A stretch of 64,000 bases of DNA from a virus: IMG/VR virus record IMGVR_UViG_3300032245_001127, one strand, 5' to 3'. Below, piece by piece: positions 27,708 to 38,163 of this stretch (position 1 is the stretch's first letter; each line of letters begins with the position of its first letter). The translations under genes and the position numbers were made by a program. The notes beneath the pieces are model-generated. The model searched no databases, was not told the origin of the DNA, and saw only the letters and a program-made list of their open reading frames with translations.

Positions 27708-30350
27708 TTATGCGTAAATTCCACCATCAACATCGCCATAAGTCAAACTTGCGCCATTTCCTGCAACTTGCAATACTTGACCAGCTGTTCCGATGTTCAA
27801 TTTGCTTAATACATTGTTTGCAGTCGCAACTAATAAATCACCAACTGAATAGCTTGATTGACCAGTTCCACCATATGGCGCACCAATTGTTGTGCCTTGC
27901 CATGTACCTGATGAAATTGTTCCTAATGTTGTGATTGAATTTTGTCCAACGTAAGTTGAAGCAATATCGATTGAATCAGCACCAACAGTTATACGATCTG
28001 CAGTTCCAACTACTGCTAAAACACCATTATTAAATGTTAATCCGTTTCCTGCAGTTGAAGATTTTAATCCTAGTTCGTCAGAAACTATTTCTAATCCACC
28101 ATTTGTGTTTAAAACAATATCAAATGTTGTTCCAGTTAATGATAAACCTTGACCAGCTGTATAAGTTCCTGCTCCAGAAAATTGTTCAAATGAAATATTT
28201 GAAGAACCAAACGTAACCATCTGAACTGTTTGCACCCAACCAGTTTTTCCATTTGCTGTACCATATGATACGAATAAAAAGTCTCCACTCGCAACTTCAA
28301 GTACTGTATCAAAATCAGCAGCACGTGTAAATATTGTTGAAGATGTACGAACATAGATACCATTATGAGCAGCATTCGCTTGGTTTTTAATCAATACACG
28401 ATCACCATTTACTAATGAATATCCATCTAATATACTAATTCCTGTTGAAAGAGTAATTGTTGCTCCAGAACCATTTGTTCCATTATCGTAAGTTGCTGTA
28501 CCACCAGAATGTGCTTCAAGTGTAGTTGTTGTAGCAGCTTTTACTGATGCATGAACGTGAAGTCCTTCAGCAACTGCATCTACGTATGCTTTATTCGCAG
28601 CATCTTGTGCCTGTGTTGGTGCTGCAACATTTTGAATTTTCGCAAAGTTTGCAGAAATATGACCTGATCCATTCGGAGCAAGTGTAATTCCACCATTTGC
28701 ATCTGTAGCACTAATTGTGTTTCCATCAATTCTTATATTATCAACATCTAATTGTTGAATACCAGCTAATGATAAAGAAGTTGATCCTAATGAAACAGTC
28801 GTAGATCCAAATGTAACTGAACTGTTCACTAATTGAGCGTTATCTACTCCTGCAGTTTTAATTGATACTGCACCACTACTTACAGAAAAATCTCCTGAAT
28901 CAAAAGAAGCAACCCCTGCATTTGTTGTTGTTGCAAGTTCTGCATCAATTGTTAAAGTGTTTGCAGCATCATTATATGTTAAATCTATTCCTTCGCCAGC
29001 TACTAATAAACCATTAACGATATCTTCAACTCTTTCAGCATTTAAAGTAACATTTCCTGACGAAACTGAGAAATCAGTTGAATCAAAAGATGCAACACCT
29101 TTATTTACTGAAGATGCATCTTCTGCTGAAATTGTTAATGTATTATTTGTGACAGTAGTATCAATTCCTTCACCACCAGTAAATGTTAATGTATCTGTTA
29201 AATGAGCAACCGCATCTGTTCCTGTATCACCTGCAATATTTAATGTAGTTGAAATATTTGCTGTACCAGCAGCAGTTAATTGTCCTTGTGCATTTACAGT
29301 AAATGTAGGGATTGCTGTAGTTGACCCATAAGAACCAGCAGTGACAGCTGTGTTTGTAATATTAATTGTAGAAGTATTTCCTGCATCACTATTTGTGACA
29401 GTAATACCAGTTCCTGAAGTAACTGCACCACCTACTGTATCATAAATGAATTCAGCAAGAGTGTCTGTTGTACCATTAATGTATGGATTGTTTAAAACTA
29501 ATTTACCAGTACCATTTGGAGTTATACTAATATCACCATTTGTGTTTGTAGATGATAATGTATTTGTATCTAATCTTAAATTATCAATATTAATTACACC
29601 ACCAACATTTAAATTTTCAGCAATACCAACACCACCATCAACAACTAATGCTCCAGTTGAAGTTGATGTTGACGTTAAAGTTGAATTAATATTTGTTGTT
29701 AAAATTTTTGACGCAACATCAAGACTGTCTTTGTCTAAAGACATTGCTTCAGTTCCGTCAGTTACAAATTTTAATGTGTCATCTGAAAGTCCTGGAGAAG
29801 ATTCTGCAGAAATGTATGTTAAACCATCAACAGATTTAACACCACCTAGAGATCCCCAAGTTGATCCTGAATATCCTTCGAAAGAAGAAGTTTCAGTATT
29901 GTATCGAATTGTTCCTTGTACGTTCGGTCCACGTTGAGAAGTTGTACCAACTGGAATCGCAACTCCATTTGTGCCTACGATTGATACATAACCAGTTCCA
30001 TTCGGATCTAATACAATATTTCCATTGGCATCAGTTGAAGTAATTGTATTTCCGTTTAGATCTAGATTATCTACTTTTAAATTGTCAAGTTTGCTATTTG
30101 AATCTGTAATTAATGCAGATGATGCTGTAAGTGTACCACGAGTGTGATCAAGTAAATCAGTGAAATATTTTCCACCGACAACAATATGATTTGCTGCGTT
30201 TCCACCTGTTTCAGTACCTATACCAACGTAGAGACGATCACCACCATTGATATCGTTATTTTCTAAAGCCGAATAAGCAAGTTCCCCTGCTGCTAATATT
30301 GCGGGATTTCCTGCCGTACTTGATCGTTTAATTCTTATAATTGATGCCAT
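27708..30350 (-). CDS. fibre protein (880 aa)
   Basis: MASIIRIKRS...GELAY start; three VDN.....NT.S.T..NG.I...PNG.G repeats; two GVASFDS.DFSVSSG repeats; ends DVDGGIYA; AGGAG RBS. Confidence 0.85.
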   Translation of the reverse strand: MASIIRIKRSSTAGNPAILAAGELAYSALENNDINGGDRLYVGIGTETGGNAANHIVVGGKYFTDLLDHTRGTLTASSALITDSNSKLDNLKVDNLDLNGNTITSTDANGNIVLDPNGTGYVSIVGTNGVAIPVGTTSQRGPNVQGTIRYNTETSSFEGYSGSTWGSLGGVKSVDGLTYISAESSPGLSDDTLKFVTDGTEAMSLDKDSLDVASKILTTNINSTLTSTSTSTGALVVDGGVGIAENLNVGGVINIDNLRLDTNTLSSTNTNGDISITPNGTGKLVLNNPYINGTTDTLAEFIYDTVGGAVTSGTGITVTNSDAGNTSTINITNTAVTAGSYGSTTAIPTFTVNAQGQLTAAGTANISTTLNIAGDTGTDAVAHLTDTLTFTGGEGIDTTVTNNTLTISAEDASSVNKGVASFDSTDFSVSSGNVTLNAERVEDIVNGLLVAGEGIDLTYNDAANTLTIDAELATTTNAGVASFDSGDFSVSSGAVSIKTAGVDNAQLVNSSVTFGSTTVSLGSTSLSLAGIQQLDVDNIRIDGNTISATDANGGITLAPNGSGHISANFAKIQNVAAPTQAQDAANKAYVDAVAEGLHVHASVKAATTTTLEAHSGGTATYDNGTNGSGATITLSTGISILDGYSLVNGDRVLIKNQANAAHNGIYVRTSSTIFTRAADFDTVLEVASGDFLFVSYGTANGKTGWVQTVQMVTFGSSNISFEQFSGAGTYTAGQGLSLTGTTFDIVLNTNGGLEIVSDELGLKSSTAGNGLTFNNGVLAVVGTADRITVGADSIDIASTYVGQNSITTLGTISSGTWQGTTIGAPYGGTGQSSYSVGDLLVATANNVLSKLNIGTAGQVLQVAGNGASLTYGDVDGGIYA

Positions 30351-30362
30351 TGTTTTCTCCTG

Positions 30363-30641
30363 TTAAAATTCCCCACTATCTACATTTTGTAGATTTAAAT
30401 TTTTAGTGCTTGTCCATTTTGATGTTGCAGTTTTATAAACTAATACTGAACCATTTTGTAATCCTTCAGAAATTACATCTACTTCTGCGTTTTCACTTAA
30501 AGGAACAACCGCACCAGATGTTCCTTGAATACCAATAGTTGTTATAGTAGTGTTGCCTTCAGTTGACGACTGTGTAAGTGTCGTATTTCCTGGATTCAAT
30601 TCACCACCTTGAGTCGATATATTTGCTATAATTTCTGCCAT
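30363..30641 (-). CDS. small structural/adaptor protein (92 aa)
   Basis: NGSVLVY...SKW; ends NVDSGEF. Confidence 0.75.
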   Translation of the reverse strand: MAEIIANISTQGGELNPGNTTLTQSSTEGNTTITTIGIQGTSGAVVPLSENAEVDVISEGLQNGSVLVYKTATSKWTSTKNLNLQNVDSGEF

Positions 30642-30642
30642 A

Positions 30643-30978
30643 TTATCTTGTTACTTCTGGATTAATTGTAACTATTCCTTCCATTAAACGACTTTTTTTA
30701 CCACTTGCACTTGTCACTTCAACATCATAAACATATCTTCCAGCTTTCATCGCACTTGAAGTAGTTGCACTCAATTCTAATTTAATTTGTCCATTTGTTT
30801 GTGGAGAAATTATAGTTGCTGTAAAGGAAGTATAAGTTGTTGAACCATATCCTCTACGCATTTGAGCAGCAATTGTATAATTGGTAAAATCTCTCGGTGT
30901 ACCATTAACATTCTTAAAATCTATAATCGCTGACCAATCAGTTCCTTGGTCTATAAACAAGTCGCTAACTGTTGCCAT
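30643..30978 (-). CDS. small virion structural protein (111 aa)
   Basis: LFIDQGTD, AQMRR, GRYVYDVEV, R.MEGIVTINPEVT; a family typical of aquatic T4-like phages. Confidence 0.8.
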   Translation of the reverse strand: MATVSDLFIDQGTDWSAIIDFKNVNGTPRDFTNYTIAAQMRRGYGSTTYTSFTATIISPQTNGQIKLELSATTSSAMKAGRYVYDVEVTSASGKKSRLMEGIVTINPEVTR

Positions 30979-30990
30979 TTCTCTCTTCCC

Positions 30991-30998
30991 TATTTATA
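30991..30998 (-). promoter_or_regulatory. late promoter
   Basis: Exact TATAAATA, 12 nt before the ATG at 30978. Confidence 0.8.
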
Positions 30999-31002
30999 AA
31001 AA

Positions 31003-31641
31003 TTAATTATTCCAAGTATTTACTCGCCATCCTTGAGTAATATTTGTGTAAGTATATAATTTAATTTGTCCTGCAGTCGTACTAATTGGATTAATTGGAG
31101 AAGTTCCATTTCCATCAACGTTATGACCATTTGTATTCAATATAACTCGTTGACTTACAGTTCCCCATGTACGATTTAAATCTCCAATCCAAATTGAATC
31201 ACCTAATATTGCTGTTGCTGGCAGTGTTACTGTAACGTTTCCAGCTGAGGAATTAACCCAATAAAAATTTCCTTTTGAAGCTGTAAAGTCGCTAGTTTTA
31301 ATTTGGTGTGTAAGTGGCAATTTAGAAGTAACTGAATCTGCAAATTTCTCAGCAATGAGTGTGTTATTTGCAACTGTATTTAAAAGTGATTGTTTTGAAA
31401 GATAAATTGCATGAAGTGCAGTTCCTGATGCGATTGCTGCACCAGCAATAGAAATAGTGTTACCACCATTTAAAAGTGTATAATCGATTCCAGGAATTAA
31501 TATTGTTCCTGCTCGAATAAGAAGTATTGATGATGCAGATCCAATCGGATAATCGAGTGCGAAGGAAGTGCTTACACTGTTTGGTGTAAACACTTGAACT
31601 TCGAGACTTCCGTAATTTGGTTCTCTTCCAAGATATGGCAT
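31003..31641 (-). CDS. fibre-associated protein (212 aa)
   Basis: MPYLGREP start; C-terminal VTVTLPATAILGD.I.I.D...GW domain. Confidence 0.8.
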   Translation of the reverse strand: MPYLGREPNYGSLEVQVFTPNSVSTSFALDYPIGSASSILLIRAGTILIPGIDYTLLNGGNTISIAGAAIASGTALHAIYLSKQSLLNTVANNTLIAEKFADSVTSKLPLTHQIKTSDFTASKGNFYWVNSSAGNVTVTLPATAILGDSIWIGDLNRTWGTVSQRVILNTNGHNVDGNGTSPINPISTTAGQIKLYTYTNITQGWRVNTWNN

Positions 31642-31653
31642 TTAGAACCCTCT

Positions 31654-34600
31654 CTATGCTTGTGATTCAGACCAAGATATTTTTCCTGACACAAACATTG
31701 GCGATGCTGCTGTGATCGTCGACGTATCTGTTGGCTGAATTGCCACTGTTAATAAGTCTGGACCACTCGGGAATATAGAGTCACCACCTAATATTGAGTT
31801 TCCTAAATCAATCAATCCTTTTAGATCGATATTTGTAGAACCTGTTGATACTTTCGTAGAAAAGATCGGTACACCATCTTTAATCACGTCACCTGTATCA
31901 TGCGATATCAGATTAGATAATGATGGAGATGGCACTTTATCGAAAAGTAATTTCGATGGAATACCATTTAATATAAAGAAAACGTTCACGTCTTTATTTG
32001 TGTTTATCGACGCCGAGTTTAGAATTAATTGCATTCTATTTACAATTTCTCTTTCTCCGATCACACCTGTTAAACTTGAGTCAACTGCTGGAGCAAGACG
32101 AATAGAAATTAATGGAATAGGACGAGTTAAGTCAACTGCACCATTTCCAAATGCGTTTTCACCGATAGTGAATGATGTTCCGTTTGCAATCTCATTCAAG
32201 TTTGTAGGTGAAGCTGATGTTGCAGGATATGAAGTCCAAATACGTGAGTTATTTCCTTCAACTCTAACCTGAGCAACATACGATCCGTCTGGAATGTTTG
32301 TTCCTGGAGCAGATGTTTCACTAATTAATTGTCCAACTTTTGCTTTTGCGGCATCAGCAGCAGAAACTCCGAAAGAGTACACATAAACACGTCTTGCGTT
32401 TAATGTAATTTCTTGGAATGACGATGCTGAAGTTCCTGTAATTGTGTCTGTTGTACCTTGAGCAAATACGAATGGTTTTGAACTACCTGTAAATAAATAT
32501 GCTCCGTCATTATCATATGTACCATCCATAATCACCGATGTACCAAAGTGGAATAATGTAGGTGAAGATGATGGACTTACACCATTTTCAATTTCATATC
32601 TTCCTGGAAGGTTACCAGATCTAAAGTATGATTCATTTAATTTATTGTTATGTATAAATTCATGATGATAATGAATATGACCTTTTGCATCTTTAGTACC
32701 GAAACGTATTTTACCTGCTCCGTACCAAGAATAATCAGCATAACACATTTGTATTTTATGAATATCTAAATTATATCCATTTACACCTGTACCATCGCAT
32801 GGATCTATATTCCATTGACTTTGAGGAATTTTCGTGTCAACTCTCTTTGTAATTTTAATATTACTCGCTGTTAATCCACGATAAGGTGGTTGAACTGTTA
32901 ATGAGCTGTCAGAATTTACAGCAACAACTCGATAAACTTGACCACGAACTGAAACGTGATCTCCTACAACTAATTGTCCTGTGAATGATGTATTAATACC
33001 TGTAATTCTCTGACTGTTTCTTGTAGCAGTACATGTTCCTGAAAGCTGTAATGTACAAGATCTTCTTACAACACTTAAATTTTGACCATCATACTCAAAG
33101 AAGAAACCATTCGAATCATCGAACATACCTGCTCGAATATAAGAATCTCTCCAACCATTTCTTCCATATTCTGGGAATCCACCAGCTTTTTGTTGAACTG
33201 GGGCTTGTCCTACAGCATATGTAAATGTAGTATTATTTACAATTGATCTTACGTTAAATGTTCCGTTATATACGTTGTTACCGATATCAACAGTAGCAGC
33301 ATCAATTATAATTGAATCGTTTACTCTTAAATTGTGTGGTTCTTGGCACACAACTGTAATCACGTGAATACCACTCACTAAAGAATATGTTAAACTTTGT
33401 GTAGTCTTTAATGGTGAGAAGTTAATCGCGTAAGAGTTTTGAATACCTTTACCAGATTGATATCTAAAGTATTTACGAGATTGACGACAAATACGACTAT
33501 TTGGTGATGTACCAGCAGTAATGTCAACACCTCCGTCAAACGATTTATGTAAAGAATAACCATCAGGTCTTAAATTTACAGCTGTAATAGTAAAATATTG
33601 AGCACTATTAAATGTAGATGGGAATACGTCTGATGATATGTCTAACGTCATTTCAGTATCTGAAGTAATTTTATCAACAATAAATTTTCTCAGTCTATTG
33701 CTAATTAAAATATAGATTGAATCAAATCGTTTAAATTTAGATAAGAATTTAGTTCCAGAACCACTTAAAATTCTTGTATTATTTACTCCAGAAACTGTTC
33801 CAGATTGAACAGCAGTTTTCACAATATTTGTAGTAGATAATGTTTGTGTTTGAGAACTTGCTGCTGGAGATAATTGTACTAATTGTCCTGCAAGTGCAGA
33901 TACATAAGAGTTCGATAATGAAACAGTATATTGATCTCTTACGATTACAAAATAGTCATCTACAGCTGGATCGTTTATGATATCTGTATTTCCATTTCCT
34001 GGAGTGTAAGTAATTCTTTCTCCTGGAAATAAATTGTGTGGAGCATAAGGATTTGATGTTCCAATTACAATTGTATCGTCAGTAGAATTTACTGCACCAC
34101 CAGTTGCTGTTGATCTTGCGTTAAAGCTATATGTTCTTGCTGGAATTTGAAAATCTATTCCGAATGTAAATGAATTAGTCGTAGGAGTTGTTGCGATAGT
34201 GTATATACCATCATATGCTCCTGAAACGTTATTTACAGTGAAATTTTGCGCACCTGAACCAGATGATGATAAAAGAATATCACCAGTAGTTGCTGTTACA
34301 AGGAATCTTATTTCCCACCAGTTTGTCATTCCTGGAACAACTCTGTTCACACTAGCTGTTGGAGAAGCTGTAACAACTACTCCTAATGGTGATCCTGTTA
34401 AGAATGCTGATATGTTTTTAGAAACCCAAGTTGGTTCATCTAAGTATGAGCTAGTGTTTTGACCATTGATAACACCAATATTATAATTGATATTATCAGC
34501 GAATTTAATTGTAACGTATCTTGTTGTTCCTGAGAAATATCCTCTAAATTGAACACCTACAATTTCAGCATTATTTGGTACAACACCAAGAGGAGTTTCT

Positions 34601-37218
34601 ATATTTACTGTGAAAGATTGATTCGCAGAAATAGAAGTGCTTCCGAATGAAGATGTTGTTGCAGATGCAGATCCAGAAACAATGTTAGAATCTCTAATGA
34701 CTAATCTTGAGTCATTTACAAATGAAAGAGCATAAACTGTTCCAGATGTTAAACCACCAATGACTGTTCCTGCTGTTGTATATGTTGCAAGAGCACTTCC
34801 TTGTATTTTGTGGTTACGAATATAAATTGTATTATATAACGGATTTGTTTTTTCTGAAGATATAGTAAATTCTATTGGATAAGAAGCTATATCATTTGTG
34901 AAAGGAGCAATTCTTGATGTTAATCTTATATAATTTGATGATATAACATTAACGTCACATTGAACTGATGCTGATGTGATTGGCACAAACGCACCAGAAG
35001 AATCAACGAAACCAAATCTGTTTGTTGTTGAATAACCAGAACCTGTAACTGCAAGAGTTACAACTTCATTATTTACAAGTCCATGACTCGGCACATATAA
35101 TAAATTTTTAAATGCTGTTAAATCGTTTGCGAATCCATAAAAAATATTTGATGAAGAAGTGAAATCTACATAACCTGGATCGTTATAATCTACTGTTATT
35201 GCACCATAACTGTTTGTAGATGTTGAAAGTGCAACATATGGTATATTTCCAGTTCCATATCTTCCATTGTTTACTGTATTTGATTGGTAAGAATATGCAT
35301 CTGAAGCTCCGTTTGTTGATGATGCACCATTTGAACGACCTTGAAATGCAATCAATTTATTTCCTGAAACTCCACCTCTTCCGAATGATGATGAAGCCAA
35401 ATCAGAACCAGAATGTGCGTCATTAATTGCTGTTGGAACATCGTCTACAGACAAATAGTATTCATGGTAGTAGGATGATGTTGGATTACCAAATTTATCT
35501 CTGTTAATCGCACTAAATTGATATTGTATATCAATATAATAACTTCCAGAAGATAGATATAAACATCTAGTTACATCTGTATTTGGATATTCGTATGCAG
35601 TATCTGATCCTTTTGCGGCTAATGAATAGTAAATATTATCAGATCCTTGATTTAAATAATTTCTTGCTAAGTAGTAAATGTTTACAGGGCTTCCTGCCAT
35701 GTTTGTACCAGAATGATACAATTGATAAATTATTGCAGCAACTGGAATACGACTACCACCAATAAATGATGTAACGTCCCAAGTAAACGAATTTGTATTT
35801 GAGTTGTTAATACTTCCTGGAGTGTAACTTCCTGTTGTACCTGTTCTTACGTTTCTTGTATAAAAAGGAGTATATCTTAAAGTATCTTTTTTAGCTTCAA
35901 TTTTATAAACTAATCCAAGACGTGGATATCCTTTTGTTAAATCAATTGCTGTTAAATTCATTTTAGAAGCAAGTGTTCCATAATCACTATACAATTCAAA
36001 AGTATTTGCAGTTAAAACTTTAACATAGTAAACTGTTCCGTCAGTCAGACTACCATTTGTAGATGGACTTGCTTCTGTTCCACGAACTTGAGTTTGAAAT
36101 AATAATGCTGCATTATTTGCAAATCCATGAGCATTCCATGTAACTATGTCCGTAGCAGCATCAACATCAGATGCTTGTAAATATTTAACATAAGTTGGTT
36201 CCCAATCCCAAGTTACTACAGGATATTCATACGCAAGAGATGCTGCACCAATTCCTGTATTTGCAGATACACTATTTGATACTGTAAGTGTTGCTGACGA
36301 ATCAATATAAGGACGACCATCAGGAGCAGTTCCAACTGGATTTGAAATTGAAAGTACTTTAGGACCAATTGTTTGTCTTAAATAAATTTTTGTACCAACA
36401 GCTAATCCATGTGTATCTGATGTTCTTACTGTAAGAGTTGATGGACTTGCTGCATTTGTAGAAATTGCACCATCCGCATTCGAAAGATCTATTTGAAGAT
36501 TTGATCCTTCAAAAAATTTTGCAGGAATTACGTTTGTATATGAACCATTTACAATTTTAGTTTCAAAAGCAGTTTGATCTATTTCGTAGTATAATTCGGT
36601 TGCAACAGGAATACCAGTTACAAGGAATGCACCCTCTGCAGTTATATCGCTTACTCCTGATATAATGATTGGATCTCCAACTGCTAAGTTATGAGCAGTA
36701 GTAAAAATACATTTTACTTGTTTTGACCCTGCTGTCATTGTGATAGATACTAATCCTTCAAGTGATGCGTCACCTGCTGTAGAATAAATTGTAGGAATAT
36801 TTAAAACTGTTTGAAGTGTTTCCCATTTTGTAGATTGTGTGCCATATTCAAAGTCTGTATCAATTAAGTTTTCTGGATTTGATACACGCAATTTGTTCAC
36901 TGGGTCGATCATGGCTTCTTCGAAACCAATACGAGCAAATTCTTCTTCTATAAATATTTGTAAATCATCATTGTTTGTTGTCGGACCTAATGCAGCATTT
37001 GATAATGTTCCTCTTAGAACAAATGTAGTTTTTTCTGAACCTGCGTCGTAAATACGATTCGTTACACCTAATGCTGAATCAGCAAAGTTGTAAATAATTT
37101 TATTTGCAGTAACGTTAGTGATTAATAATAAACGTTCAAGAGGTACGTTACCATCAACAGTAACAGAGTTATTTGAAACGCTAATTTCATATTTTGTAGC
37201 AAGTAGTTTTTTAGGCAT
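31654..37218 (-). CDS. large virion structural protein (1854 aa)
   Basis: KLRVSNPENLIDTDFEYG, RQSRKYFRYQSGKG, YSWYGAGKIRFG and RSGNLPGRYEI blocks with repeated beta domains (H.L.VGD.I). Confidence 0.85.
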   Translation of the reverse strand: MPKKLLATKYEISVSNNSVTVDGNVPLERLLLITNVTANKIIYNFADSALGVTNRIYDAGSEKTTFVLRGTLSNAALGPTTNNDDLQIFIEEEFARIGFEEAMIDPVNKLRVSNPENLIDTDFEYGTQSTKWETLQTVLNIPTIYSTAGDASLEGLVSITMTAGSKQVKCIFTTAHNLAVGDPIIISGVSDITAEGAFLVTGIPVATELYYEIDQTAFETKIVNGSYTNVIPAKFFEGSNLQIDLSNADGAISTNAASPSTLTVRTSDTHGLAVGTKIYLRQTIGPKVLSISNPVGTAPDGRPYIDSSATLTVSNSVSANTGIGAASLAYEYPVVTWDWEPTYVKYLQASDVDAATDIVTWNAHGFANNAALLFQTQVRGTEASPSTNGSLTDGTVYYVKVLTANTFELYSDYGTLASKMNLTAIDLTKGYPRLGLVYKIEAKKDTLRYTPFYTRNVRTGTTGSYTPGSINNSNTNSFTWDVTSFIGGSRIPVAAIIYQLYHSGTNMAGSPVNIYYLARNYLNQGSDNIYYSLAAKGSDTAYEYPNTDVTRCLYLSSGSYYIDIQYQFSAINRDKFGNPTSSYYHEYYLSVDDVPTAINDAHSGSDLASSSFGRGGVSGNKLIAFQGRSNGASSTNGASDAYSYQSNTVNNGRYGTGNIPYVALSTSTNSYGAITVDYNDPGYVDFTSSSNIFYGFANDLTAFKNLLYVPSHGLVNNEVVTLAVTGSGYSTTNRFGFVDSSGAFVPITSASVQCDVNVISSNYIRLTSRIAPFTNDIASYPIEFTISSEKTNPLYNTIYIRNHKIQGSALATYTTAGTVIGGLTSGTVYALSFVNDSRLVIRDSNIVSGSASATTSSFGSTSISANQSFTVNIETPLGVVPNNAEIVGVQFRGYFSGTTRYVTIKFADNINYNIGVINGQNTSSYLDEPTWVSKNISAFLTGSPLGVVVTASPTASVNRVVPGMTNWWEIRFLVTATTGDILLSSSGSGAQNFTVNNVSGAYDGIYTIATTPTTNSFTFGIDFQIPARTYSFNARSTATGGAVNSTDDTIVIGTSNPYAPHNLFPGERITYTPGNGNTDIINDPAVDDYFVIVRDQYTVSLSNSYVSALAGQLVQLSPAASSQTQTLSTTNIVKTAVQSGTVSGVNNTRILSGSGTKFLSKFKRFDSIYILISNRLRKFIVDKITSDTEMTLDISSDVFPSTFNSAQYFTITAVNLRPDGYSLHKSFDGGVDITAGTSPNSRICRQSRKYFRYQSGKGIQNSYAINFSPLKTTQSLTYSLVSGIHVITVVCQEPHNLRVNDSIIIDAATVDIGNNVYNGTFNVRSIVNNTTFTYAVGQAPVQQKAGGFPEYGRNGWRDSYIRAGMFDDSNGFFFEYDGQNLSVVRRSCTLQLSGTCTATRNSQRITGINTSFTGQLVVGDHVSVRGQVYRVVAVNSDSSLTVQPPYRGLTASNIKITKRVDTKIPQSQWNIDPCDGTGVNGYNLDIHKIQMCYADYSWYGAGKIRFGTKDAKGHIHYHHEFIHNNKLNESYFRSGNLPGRYEIENGVSPSSSPTLFHFGTSVIMDGTYDNDGAYLFTGSSKPFVFAQGTTDTITGTSASSFQEITLNARRVYVYSFGVSAADAAKAKVGQLISETSAPGTNIPDGSYVAQVRVEGNNSRIWTSYPATSASPTNLNEIANGTSFTIGENAFGNGAVDLTRPIPLISIRLAPAVDSSLTGVIGEREIVNRMQLILNSASINTNKDVNVFFILNGIPSKLLFDKVPSPSLSNLISHDTGDVIKDGVPIFSTKVSTGSTNIDLKGLIDLGNSILGGDSIFPSGPDLLTVAIQPTDTSTITAASPMFVSGKISWSESQA

Positions 37219-37234
37219 TTTCTATATTCCTTAT

Positions 37235-37894
37235 TTAATTTAATTCTTCTTTGACATATCTTGGTAAAGCATTCGCATCATGCTTATATACTCCTGTCGG
37301 TGCTGTAATCATATACATTCCTTTAGGATTTCCGCTGATTGTTATATCAGCATCATATACACTTAAACTATGCAACCGATATTTTTCAACAGGTTTTTCG
37401 TTTATATTTAGGTTATCGTCAAGTGCGATAAACTTATATTGTGGGTTTAATTTAAGTATTTTAGGTGTATTTCCTAAAAATTCAGTATATCCGTCCCAAA
37501 TTAATACATCTTTTGGGTCTGAAATACAATAAAACGTACTTTTTTCACTCACAGTTTTTAAACGAACATGTGTTTTACTCGCAGTTGCAAGTATTTCTTC
37601 ATTACTTGGGAGTGGGTTACCAACATAATCGGTTCTTCCATCATACCCTTTCATAATATATGAATAATGAAATCTAAAATTTGGACCCATTATTCCTAAT
37701 TCTTTTTTTGTATCCCAGTCACAAATCGCAACTGCACCCTCTTTAAGTGTTGTAAGTGTGCATAGTTCTACATTTGGGATTCCAATCCATCCTTCTTGTC
37801 CCTTGGTTCCTGTAGCTTTTTGCAATATAAAATTTTCTTTATATTTTGAACAAACTACTTCCCATGACCAATCATCAGGAGTCTTTAATTTCAT
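37235..37894 (-). CDS. hypothetical protein (219 aa), non-fibre composition
   Basis: Tiled ORF with its own late promoter. Confidence 0.75.
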   Translation of the reverse strand: MKLKTPDDWSWEVVCSKYKENFILQKATGTKGQEGWIGIPNVELCTLTTLKEGAVAICDWDTKKELGIMGPNFRFHYSYIMKGYDGRTDYVGNPLPSNEEILATASKTHVRLKTVSEKSTFYCISDPKDVLIWDGYTEFLGNTPKILKLNPQYKFIALDDNLNINEKPVEKYRLHSLSVYDADITISGNPKGMYMITAPTGVYKHDANALPRYVKEELN

Positions 37895-37901
37895 AATATA
37901 A

Positions 37902-37909
37902 TATTTAGG
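37902..37909 (-). promoter_or_regulatory. late promoter
   Basis: CCTAAATA, 7 nt before the ATG. Confidence 0.65.
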
Positions 37910-37911
37910 TA

Positions 37912-38142
37912 TTATCCACCCAATGCGACGCTCATCGCAGTCGTAATTGATGCTGGATTAATTATATCCCATTTAGATCCGTCGTAAATTTCTTCTCTAC
38001 TTAACGATGTATTAAATCTTATGTCACCAGCTTTTGGAACAAGTGGTCTTTCTTCTGTTGTGCCTTTTGCAAGAGTACTTGCAGTTCCTCTTAATTCTAT
38101 ATTTTTTGAAATCGAATTATTTACTATTTTACTGATTGGCAT
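37912..38142 (-). CDS. short fibre adaptor-like protein (76 aa)
   Basis: GTTEERP...GDIRFNT....E.YDG..W knob motif; ends AMSVALGG. Confidence 0.8.
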   Translation of the reverse strand: MPISKIVNNSISKNIELRGTASTLAKGTTEERPLVPKAGDIRFNTSLSREEIYDGSKWDIINPASITTAMSVALGG

Positions 38143-38151
38143 ATATATCCC

Positions 38152-38159
38152 TATTTAGT
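38152..38159 (-). promoter_or_regulatory. late promoter
   Basis: ACTAAATA, 9 nt before the ATG. Confidence 0.55.
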
Positions 38160-38163
38160 ATTT

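Noticed and set aside
23785-29937. Long plus-strand ORFs (214, 320, 163 aa and others) opposite the fibre genes
   Set aside because: In codon register with the minus-strand genes; explained by Thr/Asn/Gly codon bias giving few antisense stops.
23445-30350. Diversity-generating retroelement suggested by Mtd_N-like domains and a duplicated segment
   Set aside because: No reverse transcriptase in the window; both copies are coding and their differences are not adenine-specific.
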